The notes below the pieces were generated by a model. It had not been told where the DNA came from and searched no databases. It saw only the letters and a program-made list of their open reading frames with translations. Shown piece by piece: positions 37,462 to 49,828 of a stretch of DNA of 64,000 bases (its first letter is position 1; each line of letters opens with the position of its first letter). The position numbers and the translations under genes are program-made. The stretch is from Schizosaccharomyces osmophilus (taxonomy: Eukaryota), in assembly GCF_027921745.1 (NCBI RefSeq), contig NC_079238.1, positions 3,844,001 to 3,908,000 on the forward strand, in the 5' to 3' direction.

Positions 37462-39168
37462 ATGGAAAATACTGGTTTTGCTCAATTTGAAAGAAATCCT
37501 TCTCTTTTGCCTGGTACAACGTTAGAGAAATCACAGAAAACAAAAAAATATATAGAGCACTACTATAAAGTAGCAGTGGAGCATGCTGTAGAAAGAAATC
37601 ATAGGTAAGTGAAATGCTACAATTGGACAATTTCGATTTGGACATGATCAGAGATTAAGTGAATTTGTATATGAATTTTTTAGCGATAGTTCACAGGAAA
37701 TGACTGCGATTAAGTTATAGCTCAGTCAAGGCCAAACCCGATTTTTCTTATATAAATCAAAAGTTTCTGTGGAATGCCCGCTTGACCGAAGAATCTTCAT
37801 TACTTTATTTTATTTTTTTAAAACAGTTTTATTAACTATGCCACAGAAGAATTGAGCTTGAACGAAAACTAACAACAGAGCGTGGATCTGATGAAAGAAA
37901 AAACAGACAATTAAGAGTACTGGGAGAGAGGGAGTCGCAATTCTTACGTTTTCGAAGGACAAGACTGTCTCTAGAAGACTTTGCAACTATCAAAGTTATC
38001 GGTAAAGGTGCTTTTGGTGAGGTATGTTTATGCTGCTGTTCTATAAAATTCGTGTATCATTAACACAAAAAAGGTACGACTAGTACAAAAGAGGGATACT
38101 GGAAAGATTTATGCTATGAAGTCTTTGTTGAAAACCGAAATGTTCAAGAGGGATCAACTATCCCATGTCAAGGCCGAACGGGATTTGTTAGTAGAGTCAG
38201 ATTCTCCTTGGGTGGTTTCCCTTTATTTCTCTTTTCAAGATGCTTTATACCTTTATCTTATTATGGAGTTTTTGCCAGGAGGAGATTTAATGACCATGCT
38301 GATTAATTATGATACCTTTTCAGAAGATGTAACGCGCTTTTACATGGCTGAAACCGTTTTGGCAATTGCTGACGTCCATCGAATGGGATACATACATCGT
38401 GATATTAAACCCGACAACATTCTGATTGATCGTGATGGTCATATCAAATTATCTGATTTTGGTTTGTCCACAGGTTTCTATAAACAAGATCAAAGTGCTT
38501 CTTACATGAGACCCCCAAAAACCGGCAACACCTTAAAGAGAGGACAATTGGTAGACGCTATTTGGCTAACCATGTCTTCAAAAGACAAAATGGCTACGTG
38601 GAAGCAAAATCGCCGTGTTATGGCGTATAGTACTGTGGGTACTCCGGATTATATTGCACCGGAAATCTTTTTACAACACGGTTACGGACAAGATTGTGAC
38701 TGGTGGAGCCTGGGTACCATCATGTTTGAATGTCTCATAGGTTGGCCACCGTTTTGCAGCGAAAATTCACATGAAACCTATCGTAAAATCGTCAATTGGA
38801 GAGAAACTCTAGCCTTCCCTAATGATATCCACCTTAGTTTTGAAGCCCGAGACTTGATGAATCGTCTCATGACTGATTCGGAACACAGATTGGGTCGCGG
38901 CGGTGTCATTGAAATTATGCAACACCCCTATTTCAGTGGAATTGATTGGGATCGCCTCCGTGAAAGCCCTGCTCCATTTATCCCCGCTTTAAGATCGATT
39001 ACCGACACTCATTACTTCCCTGTGGATGATTTGAGTCAAGTTCCCGATGAACCTGTTGCAACCCCGGTAGCCAACGTAGATCCAAGGACGGTTGAACAAA
39101 CAAATATGGCCTTCTTGGGATACACTTACAAAAAATTCAATTATCTCACTTTGAAGGGAGCTCTGTAA
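37462..39168 (+). CDS. orb6: NDR/LATS family Ser/Thr kinase, 3 exons
   Basis: [59 protein letters not shown] and FLGYTYKKF. Introns at 37605-37846 and about 38022-38073. Confidence 0.96.
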
Positions 39169-39682
39169 TACTAAAAAGAAAACAAAAAAACTTATTAGGC
39201 TGCTCCAATTTTGTTGTTTGTTTGCTTACCTCATTGCATATTAAGAATGGAAGACAAACTGAAAAAGACTAAATCTTGTTTCCAGCTTTGATGAATTCAA
39301 TCTACATGTTTTACCCGCTATTTTTATCATCTACTACCGTTTTAAATAAATAAATTACATTAACTTTACCTGTAAATTTTGAATATTACTATCTATTTGG
39401 GATATAAATGAAATAACATCCAACAAGTAACGGTGTATGCTTAAAAAAATAAGAAAAAACATAACTAACAATAATTTATAACGGACCTGAAAAAACACAG
39501 TGATAAAGGAGAAAAGAATAAAAAGAATAAAAACTTTGCCAAAAAAAAAACTTATAGCAGAATGTGCCGATTCTGTGTCATAAAGCATAATGTTTTACAA
39601 AATTGAATCAAAATGTAAATAAAAACAGAAATGTACCGAATCTTAGCACTTTTAAATAGACATAATAAATTAAAATAAATCA

Positions 39683-42600
39683 TCACTCGCGAGCTTTTAG
39701 GTACTGTTCAATTTCATCGGTTTCATTAGAATTAGAATTGAAGAATTCCTTGCTTTCCTGCTCAAACCGAGAGTGTATGAATGCATCGCTTTCCAACTCT
39801 ACGAATATATCAGTATCAGTCGGCTTCATCATTCGACGGATCATTTGTAAAATTATATCCAACACCAAAGCAAGAACGGTAACCAAAAGCACTGTAAGCC
39901 ACCATCCTGCATTTTTACCGAAATGGTGAAAGAATTGCGATTTCCCAAGGTAAATATTTTGATCAGGATAATGGTCACTAATAAACATATTGAAGAAAAA
40001 CCATCCCAAAAGTGTAACGAATACTACAAAATAAGAAATAACGTTCACATACTGCATCTCGATGAAAACAAGCTTAAAATTCATCACAGCGATTGCGGCA
40101 GTAAAAATGAGCTGTCCGAAAGCAAACAGGTTATTATCGGTAAGCTGTTTTATGCCATACAACGCATACGTAACGTAAAATACTAAAAAAGCTTGCATAA
40201 ATGCCAAAGATGACCAGCTCATGTAGACTCGCCAATTGAACGCTTCGTTGTTAATTCCTTTTTGATATAGCTCTGGAACAGCAATGACGGTACTGACATT
40301 TAAGTCTTTGTCAAATATACCAAGACCAATGACACACAACGACGAAAAGAGAGTATTAAAGCATGTAAGCCCCCAGTTTTCATATAAACTTTGTCCAGTA
40401 TATCCAACAAAAGGTTGCATTATAGCTTGCATTAGAAAAAAAAACTGTTCTTTGTAGAATGTGCCCAAAATGTACTTTGAGAGGCGTACATAACTCCATC
40501 GACCGTGGCAGAAAAGCAGTTTAATCAAGAATTTGAATCTGCCAATTGAGAAATCAGACGAACGTGCTGCTTGCAGACCTTCAAGCCCAGCGATACCAAT
40601 TCCTACGTGAGCCTCTTGGATCATGGCAATATCATTAGCACCATCTCCAATCGCTAGAGTCACAGCGGAACTAATATTTTCGCGTACGGATTTAACCATG
40701 AACGCCTTTTGCATAGGACTTGCTCTGCAGCATATAACCGAGTCAACTTTGACGGCCGTGTTTATGAAGAGCGTAAATACTTCACGATCATTTTCAATGT
40801 TATCGAGAGTAGCGCCATCAATAACAAGGACTAAATGCGCAACCGAGTTACTTTCTATTGCTTTCAAACTTGATACCAATTGATGAATTACAAGGTTGGC
40901 TGTATCAATCTCTTGGGGATGATCTAAAGAAAGTCTCTGTCCACCCTTTATTGTATCATCGCTTCCAGGTTTCTCATCTACCGATCCTAGCACGACCACA
41001 GTCGAAAATCCTTTAATAACACCACAAGAGTGCCCAATATTAATTGCAGTTTCCTTTTTATCACCAGTTAAAACCCAAAACTTTATGCCAGCTCTAAAAA
41101 GGGAATTGATCGACTCAGGAACGCCTGCTTGTAATTTGTCTTCGATCGCAGTCGCACCTGAAAATTCTAAATTGTTCTCAATCAACTCGGCAGCGTCATC
41201 CAATAGCTGTTGTCTATTAGTCAAGCTACTTAAAGCTTCATCGTTTATTGCTTTCCACTCCTGATACTCTTCCTCTTCCAAATATTTGTGAGCATAGATA
41301 AGTGTTCTTAAGCCATCTGAAGCAAAAGCATTAACATGCTTGAAAGTGTTTTCAAATATTGCAGCATCATTGTGGCATAAGCCCTCAAACGTCGATCCTT
41401 CTGCTTCCTCTTTCTTAGAAGGCTTTTTATCTGAAAGTCGTTCTCCAACAGCAAATGAATGTCTCCCAGGTGCTGGACGGCGTCTAGTGTCTAGTATACT
41501 GGTACTGGCTCGCGGTCGAATTGAGCCCATTCTCTGTCTGCGTTCATCTAACCACGAAGTGACATTGTTTATATAATCTGCACGTCTTCTAGTCAAACTA
41601 GGTCGTGATGCTGTCAAACTTGGCCTAGCGGTACTCATACTGTTTCTTATAATAGCTTTATCAATTTCTACACTTTTTCGGGCTTTTTCTGCTTTGGTAA
41701 TAGTATGACTTTTCCTTTTGGCAAGCTCTGAAAGCCGAAGTCTTTCGGTTATTGTAGAGTCAGCTCCTTTGGTAAATAAACAAATACGACCATTTGGCAT
41801 TCGAACGATTACCGACATTCGCTTCCTTTTACTGCTGAATTCGATAGTGTTCAATATCTTATAGGTTTTTGTGATTGGGTGGGAACGATTATCTAAGAGA
41901 TAATGTAAACGAATTGTAACGGCGTCCATATCACGATCTATAACAATATATCCAAGTTGTTGTGCGGCATGTACAAGAGCCAATTCATCAGGAGACGTAG
42001 ACTGATAGCGATATATATCATCTTTTTCATCATATGATGGAAGACATGTGTGGCATATAGCCATACTCAAAAGAAATATTCTGACTTTCTTGGAAAAAGT
42101 AGTGTGGGGATTGTCATTCACGTATTGGAGCAATTGAATAGTAGTCCCTTCGATATTTTCTGAAAACTGGGGAGTTTTGATTTCATCATTAGCATCTTTC
42201 TTATTGGTTGTTGGCAATAATCTAGGATTTTCGGCCCCAATATGTTGCCAAGCAAAACCTCCAACTGATAAATTGCGAAATAGCATAATGTTATCTGTAA
42301 GGGTTCCTGTCTTGTCTGAAAAAACATGAGTTACCTGGCCTAGCTCTTCAAGGATAGATGAACTTCGGATTTCACAGCGCGTATTGGTATCGGGGTAATA
42401 CATATCAATGTCGCTCTGGACTAGGAAAGTCTGACAAACACGAATAATTTCCATTGATACATATAAAGAAATAGGAACCATCGTGTTGTATAGAATGATA
42501 AAGGAGACAAGAACAGGCACAACAGCAAGCCTTCCATCTGACAAGTACCACAACTTTGTTTCTACCTTTTTCTGCCATATAAAATATGCAACGGTACAGT

Positions 42601-44323
42601 AAATTGCCATACTCAAGACTAAAACAAAAATGAATATTACAATTTTGTTCGTATCCCGTTGCATGGAGGGCGCTTTGACTCGAAGGTTACGAGATGCATT
42701 CATTCGAATTTTGGTTTCTTCTCCTGTGTATATAACCAACCCAAATAATTCTGGAGTGTTCCTTAAGATTGAACCTCTATATATGACATCGTTATTAGCA
42801 ATAGGAATTTCTTTTTCTTCTGAGTTAAGAAGAATTCTTCCATTAAATTCGTATAAATTTCCATTGGGATCTTCAACTATACATTCACCAGAAAGGCTGC
42901 TAAGGCCATTGATATCTGTGCAACGAGACCGTAAAGTAGAGTTCACCAGCTTCGTTTTTAAAGATGTCTCCCCGTCTAAAGCTGCTGTTTCAACATACAC
43001 AGCACCATTGGGGTACGGACTGGATAGAGCAATTACATCGGCAGGAACAGACTCATTAGAAGTTAGTCTTACTATGTCACCGATACGCACATCTTTCCAA
43101 TCACAGTTAGCCCAAAAGAATGTGGGTTTGATTATAGATTCAAAGGGAGTTAATTTTTGAGGATCTAAATTTGTGGAAGCATCCTTGGATTGAACGATGG
43201 TAGGTGAATGCAGAGTAGGGGAGTCGGGTATTCCTTGGACGGAATTGGAGCGATTACTTCTAGATCCAGTATCCTGAGATACTCTTCGTTTTCTCCATTT
43301 TCTTCTACGAAAAAAAGATGGCTGTTCATCTATTATAGGAGGTGCATTATCAACATGCCTTAAAACCTGAACCTGAACTCGATTTTCCACACGATCTTGA
43401 CGGTAACGACGAAAATTGTCATATCCTTCACGTAAGATTGCAATAGAAATAAAAATCAATAAAGGTATGATAGTAGTGTATGTACCCGTAGTGGACCATC
43501 CCGGGATCATCTGCATAATTGCAATTAATAGGAAATAGCAATTAGCAGTCTTTGAAAATTGAGCAATAATTTGCAAAGGAACGAAGTTATATTTATTGTA
43601 ACGAGACGATACAATGCTATTTTTTATAAAGGGTTTTCCAATACGTTCATCGATTTGCGAAGAGTCGTTATATGGATCAATGATAATATGCCTTCCATTT
43701 TTTGATTTCAATTGACGGAAGTCCCTTTCAAATAAGGATGCAATCTTGTTACTAAGATATGTCAAAGGGTTCGGAAACGATATTTTTTTTCCTTCTTTTC
43801 GTAGCAATTCCTTGGGTATGTTATGACGGCCGTAAACCTTTGGAGTAACCTCAACTTCGCTAGAGGGATGCGACGGCTTTTTCATATCATCCATGGGAAT
43901 TTCTTCGACTTCCGGAAAAGAGACATGGACACTTTTCTTTGCCTTAGCAGGTGGTTTATCAGACTTAACTGTCGTCCTTAAAGCAGACTTCATTGAATTT
44001 GCTGTATGCCCAAGTACTGACTTCAAGTTGCTTTTCCTTTTCCCTTCATTCTCAATTTCTGTTCCATTGACGTCGAAACTCGCATTGTCTTTTGATTTGG
44101 AGTCCACTTCGCCAAGGTTAACATCCTGAAATTCATCTTCAATAATGCTCAACGGCGGCGACAAGTCTTGAAACCGTACATGAACACTTCCTCGACGATC
44201 TATCGTTCGATTATTTACATTTTCACTTTGACCGTTAACATCAGTATTTGCTGCAACATCATGATCATTTGATGATCGTATTTCCATTTCAGCAAAATCT
44301 TTATCATTGCCATTGGACTTCAT
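39683..44323 (-). CDS. P4-type ATPase phospholipid flippase, Dnf3-like (SPAC821.13c position)
   Basis: LDGET, PISL, FSDKTGTLT, SPDELAL, KGADS, LTGDK and AIGDGANDIAMIQ; 1546 aa. Confidence 0.95.
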   Translation of the reverse strand: MKSNGNDKDFAEMEIRSSNDHDVAANTDVNGQSENVNNRTIDRRGSVHVRFQDLSPPLSIIEDEFQDVNLGEVDSKSKDNASFDVNGTEIENEGKRKSNLKSVLGHTANSMKSALRTTVKSDKPPAKAKKSVHVSFPEVEEIPMDDMKKPSHPSSEVEVTPKVYGRHNIPKELLRKEGKKISFPNPLTYLSNKIASLFERDFRQLKSKNGRHIIIDPYNDSSQIDERIGKPFIKNSIVSSRYNKYNFVPLQIIAQFSKTANCYFLLIAIMQMIPGWSTTGTYTTIIPLLIFISIAILREGYDNFRRYRQDRVENRVQVQVLRHVDNAPPIIDEQPSFFRRRKWRKRRVSQDTGSRSNRSNSVQGIPDSPTLHSPTIVQSKDASTNLDPQKLTPFESIIKPTFFWANCDWKDVRIGDIVRLTSNESVPADVIALSSPYPNGAVYVETAALDGETSLKTKLVNSTLRSRCTDINGLSSLSGECIVEDPNGNLYEFNGRILLNSEEKEIPIANNDVIYRGSILRNTPELFGLVIYTGEETKIRMNASRNLRVKAPSMQRDTNKIVIFIFVLVLSMAIYCTVAYFIWQKKVETKLWYLSDGRLAVVPVLVSFIILYNTMVPISLYVSMEIIRVCQTFLVQSDIDMYYPDTNTRCEIRSSSILEELGQVTHVFSDKTGTLTDNIMLFRNLSVGGFAWQHIGAENPRLLPTTNKKDANDEIKTPQFSENIEGTTIQLLQYVNDNPHTTFSKKVRIFLLSMAICHTCLPSYDEKDDIYRYQSTSPDELALVHAAQQLGYIVIDRDMDAVTIRLHYLLDNRSHPITKTYKILNTIEFSSKRKRMSVIVRMPNGRICLFTKGADSTITERLRLSELAKRKSHTITKAEKARKSVEIDKAIIRNSMSTARPSLTASRPSLTRRRADYINNVTSWLDERRQRMGSIRPRASTSILDTRRRPAPGRHSFAVGERLSDKKPSKKEEAEGSTFEGLCHNDAAIFENTFKHVNAFASDGLRTLIYAHKYLEEEEYQEWKAINDEALSSLTNRQQLLDDAAELIENNLEFSGATAIEDKLQAGVPESINSLFRAGIKFWVLTGDKKETAINIGHSCGVIKGFSTVVVLGSVDEKPGSDDTIKGGQRLSLDHPQEIDTANLVIHQLVSSLKAIESNSVAHLVLVIDGATLDNIENDREVFTLFINTAVKVDSVICCRASPMQKAFMVKSVRENISSAVTLAIGDGANDIAMIQEAHVGIGIAGLEGLQAARSSDFSIGRFKFLIKLLFCHGRWSYVRLSKYILGTFYKEQFFFLMQAIMQPFVGYTGQSLYENWGLTCFNTLFSSLCVIGLGIFDKDLNVSTVIAVPELYQKGINNEAFNWRVYMSWSSLAFMQAFLVFYVTYALYGIKQLTDNNLFAFGQLIFTAAIAVMNFKLVFIEMQYVNVISYFVVFVTLLGWFFFNMFISDHYPDQNIYLGKSQFFHHFGKNAGWWLTVLLVTVLALVLDIILQMIRRMMKPTDTDIFVELESDAFIHSRFEQESKEFFNSNSNETDEIEQYLKARE

Positions 44324-44804
44324 AAGTGCATTTGCATAAATTTAACTTCGATGTTGGAACAGGCTAGCAAGACAGTGCTTGCTCTCCGAAATCCCCCTCC
44401 AGATTTTTCAAATAACGAAAGGTTGCTAAAATGCGCTAATTAGAAATGTAAACAAAATGAAGTTGTTTTTATTTTATTAGAATTCTCAATAATCTAGTTT
44501 CATATATTTATTCCTTAATATTAGTGGAATTTCGATGACTGATCATTAAAAACCGAGGTATGCCGAACCCAGTATTGAGTTGTCGTGAGAATTTGATTAA
44601 ATCCTTTAAATCATATGAAAGAAAGAAGCTCAAAATATACTTTTGTCCAAGTAGGTTGATAGCATTAATAAGAAATGTAGAAACGTTGAAAGTAGATTTT
44701 GGGACATAAAGAACCGATCTTGTATTGTACATAACAAAACTCGATATATTAAACGGCCTAACAAAAAGCATTTGGAAACCTGAGAGATTATATATTTATT
44801 CACT

Positions 44805-47298
44805 CTAAACCAACTTTAAAGACTCTAGCCAATCGTTTGTAAGGTATAATTTGCTGGCAACGAGTTTTCCAATGGCGCTAGTATTTTCGGCTACTTTGAC
44901 GCCCTCCATAAAAGCAGCCCAAAAATCCAAAAATTCGGACAAAAATGCTTTTGCATCTGTAACGTAGGGAAAATCTTCCTTTAGTTTTTTGAACGTAGTT
45001 TCAATAGCGACTTCCTTGTTCATGTCATTATCACTTCTAGAGAGAGTCTGCAGAAGCTCATTCATAAATATACCTGACAGTAGGCTACAAAAGTTTCTTC
45101 GAAAAGGGAATCTAAAATAAGGTTAGTAACAGTTAGCAATATAGTGTGACTTTCATACGTTTTTCTTATCGAATATGGGTTTACAAGATTCCTGTCGGCA
45201 TTAGCGTTCATGATAACAGATGCTATTAAAATAGCGGCCAACTCGTGAAGGTTAGCACCAAAGCTTGTTTGCATCATATAAAATTGTAATAAATCGCGAT
45301 CAGGTGTAAATAACTGGTAAATCGTTTCTTTTCCAATTGGAAGGAATGTGGCAAGTTTCGATAAAAATTCAATTACAGAGGGGATATGAAGGGTGGAAGA
45401 GGTTGCAGAATCAAACCCTGGTTCTTTGATTTGTCGTAGGCGTAATAATTCAAACAACACACACATGGAGCTCTGATACTGAACGTTACATTTTTCAAGA
45501 GCCATCAATAAAGGGGAGCCCCAAGAAGTAAGCTGATGGGTCGTAGATACAAATGACCGAATCTGAAGAAATCGATAAAAGGAGCTCAAGACTATCTCGG
45601 AAGTTGTAGAAAGCAGACGTTTCGGAGGGTTTTTTATGCCTATACCAGTATCTGAACAAAAGCTTTTTTCAACAAAATTTTTATCCCTTAAACAATCAAG
45701 CATATTGTGTATATTAATAGGTTTATTTTCGCTCACTGCTTTCTTTATACCTAAGGGTATGCATTCATCGTAAATCATCCAGGCTCTAGTGTCGTTATAT
45801 AGTGGAGGATCATAGTTGCGCATAACTTTTAAAGAGGCTTGCTGGTTATGCCCATGAAGAGAAATGACATCGCGAGCCTGATAAAATCGGTGAAGAGGTT
45901 GAGTTAGCAAATTGAGACCTTGTGACCAAATTTCCTCTAGATCATCAACAAATCTTCGCTGGTTGACAGCAGCCATTGCGACTGCATTCTTATGAGCAGC
46001 AGGCTCTGGTTTTGCACTTTCCTGACTTGAATAATTAGCAATATGCTGCTCAAGTATGGAAACCGGATCACTGAAACAGCCAGACACCAACGCGCTAATC
46101 ATCCTAGAAGGAAGCAATCCACGAGAAATATAGTAGTATAATTCGTTAGGAAGTCGTGTTCCCATAATTGCATTAATATTGGTGGGAACGGAATTCTCTG
46201 GTACGGGTGGAGTAGCAATTCCCTTTTCGTTCATAATAATACAGTAATTTAAATAACAAAAAGATCGCCTGTATTGCTGAAGTAATTCTTGAGCACTACC
46301 GGATGGCATTGTGTCGGCGAATCCTTCCACTACACGATAAGCGGAACCAAGCATTGTAACAAGCTCTATTGAAGATTTCAGCAAGAATGTCCCTTCAAAT
46401 TGAGGGAGTGTGGGCGAAATGGAAGTACCACAAAGTAAGCACGCCTCGACAAATTGACTCCAGGATGCACATCTGCTGTCTTGAAAGATAGCATCTCCGT
46501 CTAGCCATTGAATTGTAGAAGACTGTTTGTTCGATTCATTTTGTTGAGGATTGGAGAGCGAAGAACGAAAGGACTCTGATTGCAAATACGGAATAGTAAT
46601 TGACAGAATCGGACGTTTCACATCGAAAAGAAGTAGATCTTCAGGGCCATATACAGCATCAACATAAGATTTTGATGCACCTCCCTGGAAGTAGGAAAGC
46701 TGTGCCATAGCCAAGTAGGGAGCAACAAAATAATCGATGTCCTTTGTATCCAAAATTTTCTTCAAAAAATCACATAATCTGTCTAAAGAATCCCGTTGGT
46801 TACTATAAAGGAAGGTACGTCTATTTTCAGACTGGTTACGATGACTGTTACCATCGGGGTCCATTCGATACAAATTCGTATGAATGTTGGCATCGTACGG
46901 ATCGAAGCTTGACAAGGAGTACTGCATCCTAGATAGCTTACTTTGTTTGCGCGAGGCTTCGCCTTGACCGCTAGCTTCAAAGGTTAAGGGAATGCCATTA
47001 AAAACAAATAAAGGAGTAATGCTGTAATTTTTCAAAACATCAAGAAAAGAATTTACGTAAGTGTTAAGAATTTCGGATTCTCCATCCACAGAGATTGCTT
47101 GAAGCTCTTCCGCGCTTAATCTTCTTAGTAGTTCTATTAGAAAATAGCTGGCATCAATTCCCAGCTTCCTGTTGGCTATTTGAGATATGTTACAGGTAAA
47201 TTCATGCCGGTTTTTAATTAAGAATAATTCTAAAGAGTGTACTTTGCGAAGACATGTTAGCATATAGCAATTCGACACTGATTTGACTTACTAGTCAT
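44805..47298 (-). CDS. mkt1: XPG/PIN-like Mkt1 post-transcriptional regulator, 3 exons
   Basis: ATG ACT A|intron|TA CAC start; LGIDASYF, PLFVFNG, VAPYLAMAQL and GTRLPNELYYYISRGL. A second intron near 45110-45160 joins the last ORF. Confidence 0.88.
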
Positions 47299-47526
47299 TT
47301 TTTGAATGTGATGAGTCAAAAAATACGTTAGTTCAGTTTTATCTTTCTTTTGCAAAATAATGTCCTTTTTTTTTTTAAAAAGTAATTTGGTTAACGCATA
47401 GATTATCGATAGTTACGTGAAATCGTTGAGATGGCTAATGGGCATTATTTTGTACTGAAGGAGGCCTGCCTACCTTGTAAAGATCATTATAGATTTTTTT
47501 TTATGAGACGATCAGAATAAGTTTTA

Positions 47527-47532
<6 letters not shown>

Positions 47533-47581
<49 letters not shown>
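47533..47581. repeat. Poly(dA) tract, about 49 nt
   Basis: Homopolymer between the mkt1 start and the oac1 stop. Confidence 0.9.
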
Positions 47582-47585
<4 letters not shown>

Positions 47586-47872
47586 GATTCAAGTATACAA
47601 ACTAAGCATAAATAAAACATACAAGCAATGTCCCGGGGGAATTCGTTATAATAAGTTAAGCTTGTTGTATAGATGGTGTCCTGAAACATACACCTTTTTA
47701 TAAATTAGCTCTTAATTAAACTAAAATAAGCGTATTTAAAGGGGTAGACCTTAGCATGATTAGTAAAGCAATTACCCCAGTAAACAAATATAATAACATT
47801 AAAAAATAACGACGCATATATATGTACAATCCCTGCCATTTTTTTTAATGGAAAAAAGAAAAAAAAAGAAAG

Positions 47873-48850
47873 CTAATCTTTGGAAAACCTAGAAAACAGC
47901 TTGTTCGTTTGCTCAGCAAATGTGAGCGTGAATATGGTATGAGGAGCAATTCTAGCCAAATGAGCGCCAAAACCCTTATACAAGGCGAAGAATCCTTCGG
48001 CGCGAACTGTCTTGAGGATACAGTCGAGAGGATTCTTGTAAAGCTCCTTGTTCTTTTGGTTATACATACGAGTCATAACTGTATCAAAGACTTGCATGCA
48101 GCAACATACACCAAAGCCCGAAATGGAGCTAGCGGTTAAATGTTTAAGTGTTCCCTCCTTCATAAGATTGTTGTGTTCGATAGTGCGCTTGGCCCAGTTG
48201 TAAATAGGAAGTTGGACGGCTGAACCTGACACGGTACGAATGATAGCAGCGTCGGCACCAGCAAAAATTCCCCGAACCCCATTTTCGTGAACAATTCGCT
48301 TGAAACCATCCAAGATATGTTTGTAGCCATATTGTTCACCGATAGGGAAAACAGGAGAGTATGACTGCATACGGGTTTTAATCAAAAAGAAAGGAGAGCC
48401 AAACAAAGCACCGAAGAAACCGGATCCAGCACCGCTAAGAACATTGATGGTCACGCTATTACCCTTTGGGTCCTTCAGGAAGCTACGATTCAAGTACGAG
48501 CGAATGGGGTCATAAAAACCAAGACGACAGCCATTTAAGAAAAGCTGATAAATGTACGCAGTTCCAAGACCTCGTTGGAGTCCTCGGATTCCTTCATGCT
48601 TGGCAATTAATCTGAAAGCTTGCGGGACACTTTTGTAGATTTTTTTAGATGTATCTACCTTTGTCAGCTGTCCCTGAAGTTGAAAGCGAGTTTTGATAAT
48701 TTCGAAAGGATTGGTTAAAGTAACAGCACCGCATGCAGCAATTCCTCCGGAAACAAATCCCAATACCGGCCCCAATTTCTTTGGTTGTACTGGAGGTTTT
48801 GCTGCAACATTTGCTGACTCGCTTACTGCAGATTGTAACTTTTGATCCAT
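47873..48850 (-). CDS. oac1: Mitochondrial oxaloacetate/anion carrier
   Basis: GGIAACGAVTLTNPFEIIKTRFQLQG, GLQRGLGTAYIYQ, SPFFLIKTRMQS and LYKGFGAHLARIAPHTI. Confidence 0.92.
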   Translation of the reverse strand: MDQKLQSAVSESANVAAKPPVQPKKLGPVLGFVSGGIAACGAVTLTNPFEIIKTRFQLQGQLTKVDTSKKIYKSVPQAFRLIAKHEGIRGLQRGLGTAYIYQLFLNGCRLGFYDPIRSYLNRSFLKDPKGNSVTINVLSGAGSGFFGALFGSPFFLIKTRMQSYSPVFPIGEQYGYKHILDGFKRIVHENGVRGIFAGADAAIIRTVSGSAVQLPIYNWAKRTIEHNNLMKEGTLKHLTASSISGFGVCCCMQVFDTVMTRMYNQKNKELYKNPLDCILKTVRAEGFFALYKGFGAHLARIAPHTIFTLTFAEQTNKLFSRFSKD

Positions 48851-49828
48851 TGATATAAGCGTTCAAGCAGTCCTACTGTTCTGGGTAAAGCAGGTCTTTT
48901 ACCAGTTTGGGGGAGTTCTGGATACCCAGTGTAAATGAAAAACGAAGTAATTTTGCCTTTTCTTATCTGATTTTTTCTTCATATTATTCACATTAAAGTC
49001 CTCTTTAACACGATATATCGGTGTAAATTTTCAGTGACTTACCATTTTCTATACTAAGATATACCTATGTTTATTTACGTATGCGTTTTTTGGATTTTTT
49101 GAATCGAAAAATGCAAGGATCTATAGAAATTAAAAATACATGATAACAGTAAAATCCCGAATCAAAAAGAAAGGAAATGAAGATTTTGATAGCTGTCACT
49201 TGGCAAATAGCAAGTAATTTTCTGTTTCCCCTGGTAAAAGTAGTAAATCTTGTAAGAGCATCTATAGTCACGAGAACACCTTTCTCATTTTATGAGGGAA
49301 CCTGGTCGCCCATTAGTTCAGCGTGTCAATTTGACTGAACCAAGTTTTGATTCATTTGCTAAAAACAAACACTGGATGTTTTGGATTGGCAATCCAAATG
49401 AAACGAAAAGACATCCATTATTTTGTATGTAAAAGCTTTCACTTCTACTCATACATTATTCAAATTCACATATTACGTTGTCAGAGATTCGAGTATTTTA
49501 AGTCTACTTTTAAGCGAAAGTAATGCTCCCTAGGTACTGAAAGAGGTGAATAAGTTTCTTGCCCACTCCCAAGCTAAATGCAAGGATTTTAGTAATAGTA
49601 GTTAGGGTCCTTACTCTTGTTTTATGCCTATACTTAAAAATTTATCAATACATTAATACAGTGAAGAGAAAGCTGTGGCTGTTAGTAATCATCCTAGAAG
49701 GTTTATTTCTTGGTCAGCGCTTCTCTTTTCTTCCTTTTTTGGTTTCTTTTCGAAATAAAAATCAATTTTTTTGGCTGTAAAACCATCCTGGCCGGTTTTA
49801 TGTTTTTTTTGGTTATGCAGCACTAGAC

